64,000 nt of DNA from Curvularia clavata (taxonomy: Eukaryota): positions 2,480,001 to 2,544,000 of the forward strand of contig CP089278.1 in the NCBI GenBank assembly GCA_023920165.1, given 5' to 3'. Both the position numbers and the translations under genes were made by a program. Under the pieces are notes generated by a model, which saw only the letters and a list, made by a program, of their open reading frames with translations, ran no database searches and was not told the origin of the DNA. How positions within the stretch are numbered: the stretch's first letter is position 1; each line of letters starts with the position of its first letter. This document shows positions 1 to 11,534 of the stretch, in pieces.

Positions 1-939
1 ACACGCGATGCCGCTTGGTTGCGCGACCAAGGCTACCCACTGATCAAGAGCGTGGCCCAATTTTGGCTCACCCAGCTGCACGTGGACGAATTCACCAAAG
101 ATGGATCCCTGGTCGTAAATCCATGCAGCAGTCCAGAACATGGACCCACAACTTTTGGATGTGCCCATTATCAGCAACTCATCCACCAAGTCTTCGAGGC
201 CGTGCTCTCCACCCAGACTATCGCTGGTGAATCAGACACAGCTTTCGTATCAAATGTATCTTCTACCCTCGACCGCCTCGACAAAGGCTTCCACGTCGGT
301 GCCTGGGGCCAGATCAAGGAGTGGAAGCTACCAGACTCTTTTGGTTATGAGTTCATGAACGACACGCATCGTCATATCTCAGAGCTGGTGGGCTGGCATC
401 CAGGAAGTTCACTTTCATCTTTCTTAGGTGGCTACAGCAACTCCACGGTTCAGAATGCTGTCCGAGAAAAGCTGTACAGTCGTGGAATCGGTATCGGCCC
501 TGATGCAAATTCAGGGTGGGAAAAGACATGGAGAGGTGCATGCTGGGCCCGTCTCAACGACACTGCACAAGCGTATCTCGAGCTTAGATACGCAATTGAG
601 CAGAACTTTGTGGGCAATGGATTTAGTATGTATAAGGGCGAGAGAAGGCCGTTTCAGATTGATGCGAATTATGGACTTGGAGGCACAGTTTTGGCTATGC
701 TGGTTGTGGATCTGCCGTCTGCAGCCGAGGCGCAAGGAGACAAGAAAACAGTGGTAATGGGTCCTGCTATTCCGGAGAGCTGGGCGGGTGGAAGTGTCAA
801 GGGCTTGCGTCTTAGGGGCGGTGGTGTTGTTGATTTTACGTGGGACGATGCTGGCATGGTTAAGGATTTGAAGGTAGTGAAGGACGTGGGCAACGTGAAG
901 ATCATCAACAAGAAAGGGGATGTGCTGGCGGATTCTTGA
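1..939 (+). CDS. Glycoside hydrolase family 95 (alpha-1,2-L-fucosidase-like), C-terminal part; 5' end lies outside the window
   Basis: The frame is open from base 1. It carries GH95 motifs [35 protein letters not shown] and [11 protein letters not shown]. Confidence 0.9.
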   Translation, partial: TRDAAWLRDQGYPLIKSVAQFWLTQLHVDEFTKDGSLVVNPCSSPEHGPTTFGCAHYQQLIHQVFEAVLSTQTIAGESDTAFVSNVSSTLDRLDKGFHVGAWGQIKEWKLPDSFGYEFMNDTHRHISELVGWHPGSSLSSFLGGYSNSTVQNAVREKLYSRGIGIGPDANSGWEKTWRGACWARLNDTAQAYLELRYAIEQNFVGNGFSMYKGERRPFQIDANYGLGGTVLAMLVVDLPSAAEAQGDKKTVVMGPAIPESWAGGSVKGLRLRGGGVVDFTWDDAGMVKDLKVVKDVGNVKIINKKGDVLADS

Positions 940-1265
940 CGTGAACGGAAAATCTAGAGCTTGAGAAACAATTGGTTGTCTTGGTAGATGAATGGCATTC
1001 TTCTCGGTGAGCAGGACCAAGCCCTGCCCCCCAATGCTGAGAGACAGTGAGGAACGGACAACAAGAAGTAGCCTGACAATTCATAATGCAATTAACGTAA
1101 CCTCAAAGCTCTCAAAGCACTTTCGAACTAACAACCTTTGGTTCATTCCGCAAGCTCTATCGTATTATCACTATCGTCGACAAAATCCAAACCCCAGCTC
1201 TCGAACACATCGAAACTAAAATTCGCTCATGCAATCAAAAGCACTTTCACAAAAGTCACAATCCT

Positions 1266-1505
1266 TCATGAAACGCTATTCTCTCCCGTCTCCAAATCAT
1301 CCATCTTCCCCTTCGGCACATGGTTATCCCTCGCATCCCACACACTCCAAAACTTGATCTTGTACGCTATCAACGCAAAGCACGTTCCAATCACCGCACC
1401 ACATACCACATTAAGAGGATGATGCCAGTCGTTTCTAATCTTCAAAAGTGCCAGTATAGCAGCCGTGCACAGCGGGGTCTGTTGTAGTAGCCTGTCATCA
1501 GCCAA
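1266..1505 (-). pseudogene. Relic C-terminal fragment of a PAP2-family lipid phosphate phosphatase
   Basis: PLCTAAILALLKIRNDWHHPLNVVCGAVIGTCFALIAYK..WSVWDARDNHVP resembles the last catalytic motif and TM helices of fungal DPP1-like PAP2 proteins. Only ~380 bp separate it from the moaC stop, and no PSGH motif was found upstream. Confidence 0.6.
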
Positions 1506-1882
1506 AGGTGCTTGCCGGGGACGAGCCTGGGAAGGTCCAGCATGGTGGGCTTGTGAGTTGTCCGAGAGGAGAAATCAATATGGTCGAACTCACTCGGGTG
1601 TCGGATTGATGTATGAAGACAGCATCTTGTCTAGGCCCACTTCATGTGAACCGTCCTGTCAAAGACACCCTTGGTGCAAATGCCTAATTCATAAAGCTCA
1701 TTGTTGAATTAACTCTAGGTAAACAAATGATATATTATGCAGGCACATGTGGGCTTGATATCTGCATATACTGTTGGCATGCCTGTCATGTAGGTGAGTT
1801 GGGAGCGGAGATGCTGATACCCGTGTGTCACGGTAGGAAATACCAGTTGATGTATGACACAATGGGGCCATAACCAAGACAT

Positions 1883-4441
1883 TCACTCCTGCCAGCTTTT
1901 CCACCCCTCCTCTCTCCAGACTCCGCTCTTACCCCCCTCCTTGAACACCACACGCACATCTTTGACGACTTGAAATCTATCCACCGCCTTGCACATATCC
2001 ACCACACTCAGCGCCGCGCCCATAACCGCCGTCAATGCCTCCATTTCCACGCCTGTGGGGCCTGTACACTGGACTTTTGCTTCTATCTTGACACCTCCAT
2101 AGCTCTCTTTTTCTTCCTTCAATCCGTCTTCTTTTGGGGATGAGGAAGATTCTGTTGCGCCAGAAAATGGTTTCAGCTCGACGCTAACATGCGTAAGGGG
2201 AATGGGATGGCATAGCGGTATTAAGTCGGGGCATTTCTTCGCTGCCATGATACCTGCTATGCGCGAAACACCTAGAACATCGCCCTTTTTGGCGGAGTTG
2301 GAATGAATGAGTGAAAGGGGAGTGGAGTTTGTAAAGTGGACTGAGCCAACGGCGATGGCGGTGCGGATGGTATGCTGTTTCGCAGACACGGAGACCATGT
2401 GTGCAGAGCCCGTGGAAGTTAAATGAGGAAGAGATGGTTCTGGTGATTCTTTGGCAGCGGTGTTCGTTTTCTGCTGACTTGGAAGATCAGAAGTTGCTGG
2501 TGGGGAGCGGGACGATGTCGAGTACATCTTCCGTGCGACAGGCTCGTGGAGAACTCCGCTTTGCGAATCCTGGTACATAGTCGGCCGCTTATGAGTGCTT
2601 GACAATATCACGGCCGAGGAAGTGGTCTCTGCTTGCTGTTGTTGCACTGGCAACTCAGGTTCTGGCTCGTCAGCCAAGAATCCTAAGCCTTCAGCATGAA
2701 ATTCGTCCCGATCCAGCACGCCTTCTGCATCCCCATGCATGGCCCCTCTCTGCTCAAAGACCTGATGCCAACGCATAGCCATACGCTCAGCAGCTTCATT
2801 GCTGAGATCATGATCGCCGACCATTCGGTCGAGCACCATCTGTACACGCCCATCCACAATATCTCGTTCAACCTGACCCGTTTGCTCGATACTATCGAAC
2901 CGAGTCTGCCATTTTTTCACGAGAATCTTGAGCCATGTTTGCAGTGTCGCTTTGTTCTGGCTGGTCCATATGTCGTATGGCAGTGTGTCGATCCGTGGGT
3001 ATGAACTTTTGAGGCGCTCGGCCATTGTGAACACTTGGGATTGAAGTTCTGGCACAGATCCTTCAAAGGTGACAATAAGATTCTCGTCAATAGGAACAAA
3101 TCCAGATGGAGGGACCCGAAGGTGCAGGCTATCACTCGGCGTTTGCGGAGGAGACACGTCCAGCTTTGCCTTTTCGCTCTTGGTCTCTCGAACTCCATCT
3201 GCTGGCTTGGATTGAGCTAATACAGACACCGAGCTCACTCCAGCTTTCCTGAGTTTGGTAGTCATGTCCTCTTTTGCTTGGGATGTGGCTCTTGCGCTAA
3301 CAGCCTCCATGCTCCTTCTTGTGGATTTCGGCTCTCCCAAGTGCTTGTTGACCTTCTTGACAGCTTCATTCAAAATGGCATCCAAACTATTAGGCGCTGA
3401 CTCATCTCTTTGGGTATTAGTATCCGTAGGTTTAGGAACTCTTTTAGCTTCTCGCTCCTTTTCCTCCAGCTCCCAAAGTTCCTTCAGCAGTATGCGCTTC
3501 CTGACCAGGACCTCTTCCTTGCGCTTCCTAATCACTTCACGTTTTCGAGCTTGTTCACGAGTCTCTTCGAACTGCTGCTTGTACTTTTCTAGGAGTTGGC
3601 TGATTCCATGCACCTTCTCCCACTGCTGGTCGGCATGTGTACCAGTCTTTTCGTCACCTCGTAGCTCCTCATCAGTAGTTCTGTTTGAATTCACTGGGAC
3701 GTCATCTGCTGAAGTTGTGGGCGATTCAGAGAGTCTCTGAGCTTGTGACTCTGTAGCTGAGGGTTTCCTTTGTCTATGACGCGTGATGCGATCTTGCAAC
3801 CTGTGTATCTCCTCCTCGGTCTTCTTTAGCATTCTTTCGCTGTCTGAGGGTATCCTAAGCTCCTCCAGGAAAGTAGTGAGATTGAAAGCGTCTGGTTGTT
3901 GTGTCGGTATCTTCGCGTTCTCGATTTGCGCTGCAACATCTTGCTGTGGAAGTGTCTTCCCATCCTCTCCTTCCACTTCAACTTCCTGTTCTCCATGCTC
4001 AGCTGCAGTTTTGGCGGCTAGCCGCATTCGATCCCGAAGTGATTGTACTTCCCTCATTAGGTTTCTGTGTTTGATATCCTGTTTCCCTCGAATCCAAGAT
4101 GCAAGCCTCGCATTGGCTTTCCTGGAGGCATGCTTGAAGGCCTTTCCCTTGCCCTCCAATAGCTTCGCCTGTGCTACCAACTTCCAATATTCCTCGTACT
4201 CTGGGCCAACCATATCATACTTTTGCCGCACTACTTCAAGATATTGTGGCATAGAGGCTCTATCAGGGCCATAGAGGGCAACAAGTTTGAGCAATCTGAT
4301 GGTCTCCCAATCATTACCCCCTGGGAGCTTAGAAACCTTCATTTGGCGTTTTTCAGGAGGCGATAAGGACGCGAAGGCTCGAATAGTGTTAGTACGCAGC
4401 GTCGCTGGGGAGTATAGATGTGACATTGAGGCGTGTGCCAT
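1883..4441 (-). CDS. moaC: MoaC/MOCS1B (cPMP synthase) domain at the end of a long ORF; probably expressed as the 3' exon (4542..1883) of a MoaA-MoaC fusion
   Basis: C-terminal LPHL..G.AHMVSV, KKGDVLGVSRIAGIMAAK, LIPLCHP, TGVEMEALTAV, DMCKAVD and KEGGKSG are MoaC motifs. About 670 aa of charged/low-complexity sequence precede them. Confidence 0.92.
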   Translation of the reverse strand: MAHASMSHLYSPATLRTNTIRAFASLSPPEKRQMKVSKLPGGNDWETIRLLKLVALYGPDRASMPQYLEVVRQKYDMVGPEYEEYWKLVAQAKLLEGKGKAFKHASRKANARLASWIRGKQDIKHRNLMREVQSLRDRMRLAAKTAAEHGEQEVEVEGEDGKTLPQQDVAAQIENAKIPTQQPDAFNLTTFLEELRIPSDSERMLKKTEEEIHRLQDRITRHRQRKPSATESQAQRLSESPTTSADDVPVNSNRTTDEELRGDEKTGTHADQQWEKVHGISQLLEKYKQQFEETREQARKREVIRKRKEEVLVRKRILLKELWELEEKEREAKRVPKPTDTNTQRDESAPNSLDAILNEAVKKVNKHLGEPKSTRRSMEAVSARATSQAKEDMTTKLRKAGVSSVSVLAQSKPADGVRETKSEKAKLDVSPPQTPSDSLHLRVPPSGFVPIDENLIVTFEGSVPELQSQVFTMAERLKSSYPRIDTLPYDIWTSQNKATLQTWLKILVKKWQTRFDSIEQTGQVERDIVDGRVQMVLDRMVGDHDLSNEAAERMAMRWHQVFEQRGAMHGDAEGVLDRDEFHAEGLGFLADEPEPELPVQQQQAETTSSAVILSSTHKRPTMYQDSQSGVLHEPVARKMYSTSSRSPPATSDLPSQQKTNTAAKESPEPSLPHLTSTGSAHMVSVSAKQHTIRTAIAVGSVHFTNSTPLSLIHSNSAKKGDVLGVSRIAGIMAAKKCPDLIPLCHPIPLTHVSVELKPFSGATESSSSPKEDGLKEEKESYGGVKIEAKVQCTGPTGVEMEALTAVMGAALSVVDMCKAVDRFQVVKDVRVVFKEGGKSGVWREEGWKSWQE

Positions 4442-4542
4442 GCCAGTTGCTGAGGAGAAGGTATGGGAGCGTCCAACAGTTATGGGTCGTGTCCGTGAAG
4501 AAGAAAGCCTCCAAGAACCTACGCCTTTCAGCGGCTTTCCAT

Positions 4543-4768
4543 CTACACCTAGTCAGCGATGTACATCACGCATACGAAGACGGTATGTAAACAAAAAGGG
4601 TATATCATTCGAGTATGTAGTCGTATACCATGACACATCAAGCGATAGTAAAGGATCGCAACGAAGGAGAACGCTCAAGAAGCCATTCATGCAGCGACCG
4701 CCATAGCAACATAATCCACCGAGCGATATGACATGCAGAAAAGAGAGAAGGGGACCGTGTTCACCCAC
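4543..4768 (-). other. Optional 226-nt intron that removes the moaA stop codon and joins moaA in frame to moaC
   Basis: Donor GTGGGT at 4768 lies inside the codons GGT GGG TGA. Branch CTGAC is at 4556-4552 and acceptor TAG ends at 4543. The spliced frame reads ...MILI-DGKPLKGVGSW... with no stop into the ATG at 4441. Confidence 0.85.
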
Positions 4769-6153
4769 CAATTAAGATCATAGGCCTATTCTCCATGTTG
4801 GCAAGATCATTCAGATCAGCATGTTTTTCTGCCTTGCGCTTCACAGCTGCTCCAACAACCTCGAGCAGTTCACGCTCTCGCTGGCCCCAGCCGAGAATAG
4901 TCTCATCGCTCAGACGCCCCTCATGGCGATCCATTTCGATTTGCTTGATGCGTTCGAATGCTTCCTGGTCAATGGGTTCGCCGTTGTTGCCATGCCGCAG
5001 TACATCCCGTAGGGATACCTCGGCATTCCCATGCAAGCACACTTTCAGGTTGCCGTCACTGGTTATGCGCAGTCGATTGCAGGTACCGCAAAAGTCATTG
5101 GTCATGCTTGTGATGAAGCCAACTTTGCCCACAAACCCAGGAACTTCGTATGTCTTGCTTGTGTCGTTCTTGTGACCAGGAACAGGTCTGAGTCCTGGGT
5201 ATTTCACCCTAATGATGTCTAGCATCTCCTGGAAACTGATCATCTTGTTCTCGCTCCACTTGTTACCGCCAAAGGGCATGTACTCAATGAAGCGCACTTC
5301 GATGTCCTTCTCGCGACCCAGCTCGACAAATGGCAAAATCTCGCGTTCGTTCAAACCGCGCATCACAACACAGTTGACCTTGAGTTTGACGTTGGCTCCC
5401 AGCTTGTTCATCTCGAGTATGCGGTCAATCGACTTCATGACTGCATCGAAGCCTTTCCGTCGTGTCATGATCTGGAATTGAAATGGGTCTAGCGTGTCTA
5501 GGCTCAAGTTGATGCCCGTCAGGCCGGCTTCGACCATGGCATCGAGTTTTCGGTGCAGCGATATGCCGTTGGTTGTCAGGGCGAGTTCGCGCAGGCCCTT
5601 TGGGCGTAGGGAGCCGATTTGCTGCATAAGCGGGACTATGTCACGTCGGACGGTAGGTTCGCCGCCGGTAAGACGGATCTTGGTGACACCTTGCGAAACA
5701 AACAGCGACGAGAGATAAAATATTTCGGGCGTAGTGAGCAAGTGGGCGGGCGGCGAAAGCGGAACACCCTCTGTTCCTCGTCAGCCAAAGTACTTTGTCA
5801 AGTCGAATTCAAAGCACACCTTCGGGCATGCAATACAGGCATCGCAGATTGCAGCGCTCTGTGATGCTGATGCGCAGATAGTCATGCTGCCGATTGAATG
5901 TGTCGGTCAAAAAGTCAGAAAAGGGCTTCGCATTCTTGATAGCTGCTCTCCGGTCCTTGACATCTGATTTTGGCAGCTCCGACACGGGTGCTATGCTCGG
6001 AAGAAACTCAGAGCCTGGTTGCCGTATTTCTGTGCTGGTCGCGATGCTTCTTGTCCATATCGCGGAAATGGGCGGTTGTGCAGATGGGTGGCCGCGGCCC
6101 GCAGCTCTTCGCAGCGCGGCCGGGCCTGCCCGAAACCTAGCCATATGCACCAT
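4761..6153 (-). CDS. moaA: MoaA/MOCS1A radical-SAM GTP 3',8-cyclase (exons 6153..5820, 5770..4761; ~447 aa)
   Basis: [17 protein letters not shown] (CxxxCxxC), [32 protein letters not shown] and terminal MILIGG. A 49-nt GT-AG intron (5819..5771) has a CTGAC branch. The Arg/Ala-rich N-terminus resembles a mitochondrial presequence. Confidence 0.96.
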
Positions 6154-6590
6154 TATGAGGGGTCGGAGCTGGAAGAACCGTACCCAACATCTGGAGGGGC
6201 GGACATGGGAAAGCTATATAGCCCAGCGGGCAAGACGGCGGAGATGACTGAGATGCGAACGGCTTTAGTGGGCTGTGTGTAGCCAATGCAGGGATCCATA
6301 GCGTTCTTGGCAACATTACTAAGGATTGCCCTCGCAAAGGTGGGGTAGTCTTGCCAATGTTGGGGTCATCATTACTTCTATCTCTCTCACCACTTATTCA
6401 AGCTACTTGTTTTAGGAACTGATACGTCTTTGTCTCTATAGGACCCTTCGACTGCGCCAAGACGCAATGTCTGGCATATCAAAACGATTTTAAGCTTTTC
6501 AACCTATTCCCACCACCCTTTTCAGACATTACATACGCACGTATTACGTTTTCTATTTTTCTACCATGCCGGCGCTTACATTCAACACTA

Positions 6591-7148
6591 TCAACTTCGC
6601 CTTTGCCGCCTCTCATATCTTTGGATAAGGGCCGCGAACCTCCTTTTGCCCTGCTGCGACGTGAATGATAACTGGACAATACGCTGATGTTGGCGCGACA
6701 TCGATCGCGACATCGACCGCGTTATTCTTACAGGGGCATCACTCGTGGCCGGTTCCTCTGAATCCTCTGAATTCTCCCGCACCGCATGTGGGTGCCATCT
6801 TAGGCAACTCGCGCACGTCGGCTTAAAACATGGTTGTACGAAGCTGATATCGTTCTTATATTTCCCCCTCTGTTTACGTGCCGGACCGCCATATTGAAAT
6901 CCAGATAACTTGACGTTGCAACTCCTCGTCGCCCTGGAAACCCTTTTTCGCTCTGCACGTCTGGGTTGGTCATCCGCAAGAGCATAGGCATTCCAGATGT
7001 GCGCCGGTATTCTGATTTCGAGCTGCCCGGTTCCTGGTGGTGAGGATTGGGGGGTTTGGTTTCGCCTTCGCCCTGTGGGTTCATGCTGGTCACCTGTAGG
7101 GGCGTAGTGATTCCAAATATTCCTTGGTATTCTAATCCTGAGGTCCAT
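6591..7148 (-). CDS. Hypothetical basic 185-aa protein with an internal duplicated motif and a Cys/His cluster
   Basis: ATG-initiated ORF with TATAAAA about 105 bp upstream. LRIRIPRNIWNHYA recurs as LEIRIPAHIWNAYA, and there is a CFKPTCASCLRWH cluster. Confidence 0.5.
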   Translation of the reverse strand: MDLRIRIPRNIWNHYAPTGDQHEPTGRRRNQTPQSSPPGTGQLEIRIPAHIWNAYALADDQPRRAERKRVSRATRSCNVKLSGFQYGGPARKQRGKYKNDISFVQPCFKPTCASCLRWHPHAVRENSEDSEEPATSDAPVRITRSMSRSMSRQHQRIVQLSFTSQQGKRRFAALIQRYERRQRRS

Positions 7149-7465
7149 GTCCTTTGCTGGTAAGAATCTGGGGATATAAATTTGCCTGTGATTTTTCGAC
7201 TCCAGTCAATATTGTTTCTTCTAGTGTATGCCTAGTCGGCCTGCCATTCGTTTTATACAGTCCCAAGCGGTTGCCAGCCAGGCGTTTGCTGTCTCATCTG
7301 TAAGACATTGACACATTGTACAGGATAAAGAATGTATAGTCCTGTTGCTCATCAAGGCATTGTAAAGAAAACGAAGCGACTACATGACCACAAGAATGAC
7401 ACAATGTCATTAATTGACTCTGGAATCATGCAGAACATTTGCAAAGATCTAGTACATGGCGAAAT

Positions 7466-9005
7466 CTAGTCATAACACCTCTCCCAAAGTCCGCCGGTCC
7501 GAGCAAAGCTTTGGCTCTTGACAAACTTGCTCAGCGTGCACCTACCAAAGCGGTCTCCGCTGCAAAATTCCAGTGGATGCACGCGATCGTTTACAATGAC
7601 GCGAACAGACTCTTCGTTTTCGTCCTTGCACTGTAGTTTCTCAACATACATGCGGGCCGCGAACGGTACAGTCCATGCAGCCGAGTAGCCGTGGGTCTGC
7701 TCGGTGTTTTCAATCGTGGTGTTTGACAAGGCCTTTGTCTTGTTGTAAAGTCCAAGCGCAGCAAGAACACCACTAATGTCGTTGTCGTGACTGAAATCGG
7801 CATACACCTTGCGGTCGAGAGGAAACGTCTTTGGGTCTGAGTCAAGAGTGCGGTTGGTGTTGGTGTTGTCTTCGACGGGTTTCTGAGTTAGGCGCGCCAA
7901 CAGCTCGTTGACATATCCAACACCCTGTGTAGGTCCAAGAGGGTTGCCTACTCCATAGCCATAGTACTTGCCCAGGGTCTGAAAGTAATCGTATTCGCGC
8001 CATTCCTTCTCTGAGAATAACTCGCAGAATTTCGAAAACTTCGCTGCTGGGTGCGCGAGGGTGTCAAAAGGGCACATGTCCATCAAATATACAATAGAGG
8101 TCGCGCTAAGGTTAGTACCGAGAGCAGAGTTGACGCGGTTTTGGATCGGCGGTACAAACTTGCCTGCCCACACACGTTGCGCTCGGTCTCCGAGACCATG
8201 GTCCGGCCCTCCTTCGAACGCAGGACAGATGTCATGAGACAATGTGTTGTTCCAGCTTGGGCCTTCTGGGATAATTACATCAATCTTTCGAGGCTCCGCG
8301 TCTAACGACTGCGCAACACCCATGAGCCAGCGCTCGGCCGACTCTACGACACGATGCTGGCCACCGGCGCGCACGAATGGCGTGTTCTCATTGACGAGCT
8401 TCTGGTACCGGCGGTAGAAGTGAGCCCCCGAGTTCACCATCTCTTGCCTTCCAGCGTCAGTCAACTCGTCCGCACCCAGCGTATACTCATAGTCCTTCAG
8501 GAACTTGAATTTATCCGGGTAAGCCGTGCTCGTGTTCTGAATCTCGGCGATGAGGAGATGGTACGCGATCGTCTTGCCAAAGGTCGGATCGCGGCCGCCA
8601 TGACGCGAGAGGACATTCGCAAAAGTGACTTCGCAACCCTTGGGAGGCGCAACGTCTATTTCAGAGGGCACAGAATACCAAAGGGAATACTGGCCCAAGA
8701 AATGCGTCGTCTTGGGGCTGCAACGGTAGCCCTCATCGATGGTGTCGCAGGATTCTGAGGTGGGAAATGGGAAGAAGCTATAGAGAATTAGCCACGAAGT
8801 AGCGATTGAGGTCCGACTCAGCATACCTGAAGAGTCCGTAGATGGCTACACAGGAAACTGCAGCTTGGAGTACGCGACGACGGAATCCTGTCGCTTCATT
8901 GTAACGTCGTGGAGATTTGGACAGCACTGGTTCCTTCTCGTCCAGGGGCAGGGACGTGTAATCATAGGATCTGGTTCCGCGCATTCTGTTCCACGGTTGC
9001 GACAT
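7466..9005 (-). CDS. Histidine acid phosphatase / 3-phytase with an N-terminal membrane anchor (exons 9005..8827, 8777..7466)
   Basis: RHGGRDP and DFSHDND catalytic motifs plus WTVPFAARMYVE. A 49-nt intron GTATGC..CTAAT..TAG joins the two ORFs in frame. Confidence 0.93.
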
Positions 9006-9786
9006 CTACAGGTCGATGGTGGTGTAGCAGCGTTGGACCATCTGAGGCACGAAAGATGTGGAGACTGAAACCATGACGCATGCGCCGACGTCTCAAGCTG
9101 CGCCAAGACACCGTCGCTGCATGTTCCAGGCGAACATGTTCCTTAAAATGAAGTGAATAATGCGCGATGGTTTACACTGACATGCTGAGGACCAACATGG
9201 TACTGATTGTTAGCGATGAACCACTGTCCTCTGGGCGGCAATTTGTCGTTCCACACGGCCGTACGGAGTACTGAGTGCCAAGATAAGATATCGGACGAAA
9301 GTTTCGACCAACCTCAACCTCCGTTGTCGTGGTCTAGTATATCTCTTTGTCGGCGTTGGAACTATCGTCATTTCATCTGCAAGCCATCCCTTGCCGCTGA
9401 CGCCCTTGACGCGCGATTGTTCGCACGATACGGCCATGTCCGTAGCGCACCTCGGTGTCGGATAACGCACGCCTGCAAGACGATGTAACGGCGTTTGGTC
9501 AGCGCCTGATAAAACGGCAATGCGTTTCCCGATTGGCTATTACCCCATCTTTTGCCCCAGCACACGACTCGTTATCGGTGGTTGGACCCGTACTAAGCAT
9601 TGTCAAGCTTCAGCCACCCAGGGTGGAACTGCCAGCTTTGGGGTAGCCATGGTAAATCGCTGAACCGGTGACAAAAGCCGGTGCGAATCTCCGCCTCCGT
9701 GGAACTATGTCCGTCTTAAATACTAGCATGCTTTGCCCTTCACCAGCAAACTATCTCTCGAACTCATCGCTGGCTCACCAGAAAAC

Positions 9787-11534
9787 ATGAAGCCCGTTGA
9801 GCGACAGAACCTCGACGATGAGGCTCAGCTGCAGGGTATGTCTCAAATGGATGATGTGCTTAGGAAACACTGGTTAATTTGGTCATAGCACTTGGCCACA
9901 AGGGCGAGTTGCAGCGCAACTTCAGTCTCTTGTCCATGCTCGGATTGGCTTTTGCCATTTTGAACTCGTGGACCGCTCTCTCCTCGTCACTCGGCCTGGC
10001 CTTGCCATCAGGCGGCTCAACAAGTGTTATTTGGGGTCTACTCACGGCTGGTGTCTGCAACTTGGCTCTGGCTTCTTCGCTCGCAGAGTTCCTATCCGCA
10101 TACCCTACGGCTGGCGGACAGTGAGTTTTGTCATGAATTCGCTTTGGACTATGCTAATTGAAGCAAAGATATCACTGGGTGGCCGTTATCACGCCGAGCA
10201 AATGGGTTCCGCTCACGTCCTTTATCACTGGCTGGATCAACGTATCGGGCTGGATCGCCCTGACCACTTCAGGAGGGCTCCTTGCTTCGCAACTTATTTC
10301 GGGTCTTATCGTTCTCTATCATCCGGAATTCGAGCTGAGACCATGGCAAGTATGGCTGATCTACGTGGCGTGGACACTGATCGCCTTCGTTGTCAATGCC
10401 TTCATGAATAGCCTGTTGCCTTATGTCAATCGAACCGCATTCATCTGGTCTATTGGCGGATTTGCAATCATTTGCATCACCGTCCTAGCCTGCGCCTCCC
10501 CCGACTATGCTTCCGCCGAGTTCGTTTTCACCGAGTTCATCAACGAGACGGGATGGCCGGATGGTATCGCTTGGCTTCTGGGACTGCTCCAGGGTGGATT
10601 CGGCCTGACTGGCTACGACGCTGTTGCCCACATGATTGAGGAGATTCCAAATGCTTCGGTCGAAGGACCCAAGATTATGATCTACTGCGTCTGTATCGGT
10701 ACTGTCACAGGCTTCATCTTCCTCATGGTCCTGCTATTCGTTTCCGGAGGCGACGCAGCGTCTATCATTTCAGCAGCGCCAGGACCGCTTCTCCAGATTC
10801 TCTACAACGCCACCAAAAGCCGAGCGGGCGCTACGTGCCTCTTGATGTTTCCATTGGTTTGCATTCTTTTCGCAGAGACGGCCATCATGACAACTTCAAG
10901 TCGGATGACGTACGCTTTCGCTCGTGACGGGGGACTGCCATTCTCCAAGTTTTTCGCAAAGGTTCATCCTCGACTCGGCCAGCCGCTGAATGCGCTCATT
11001 CTGGCCGCTACTCTGACCATACTCTTCGGTTTGATCTTGATCGGTTCTAGCAGTGCTTTTAATGCTCTCATTTCTGCATCTGTCGTTGCTTTGGGTGTGA
11101 GTTACGCCATCCCAGTTGCCATCAACCTTTGTCGTGGCAGAAAGGCGCTTGGTTCCCGGGCTTTTGCTTTGCCGGAGCCTCTTGGCTGGGCAGCTAATAT
11201 CCTCGGCGTTGTTTACACCATCATTACTACGGTTCTTTTCCTGTTCCCGCCAGAACTGCCTGTTACACCTTCGAACATGAGTAAGTTTTCTTCTCAATTA
11301 TGCTCGAGAGCGTTTCTCTAACCATGTCTAGATTACTGTGTTGTTGCCTTTGGAATCATCCTTTTCATAAGCACATTCCAATGGTTCATCGATGGGCGCA
11401 AGAACTTTACGGGTCCAAGAACAGATATGGGACTTGAAGTGCTGGAAGCTATGCAAAGCCAGGAGCAGAACAGACCTGAACCTCAGATAACGAAGACTGA
11501 TGGCGATGAGTTGGCTCCGCACACGATTCCATAA
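9787..11534 (+). CDS. APC-family amino acid/choline/GABA permease
   Basis: LGHKGELQRNFS, LAEFLSAYPTAGGQYHW, GYDAVAHMIEE and SRMTYAFARDGGLPFS. Introns 9836-9888, 10121-10168 and 11281-11331 all restore frame. Confidence 0.93.
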
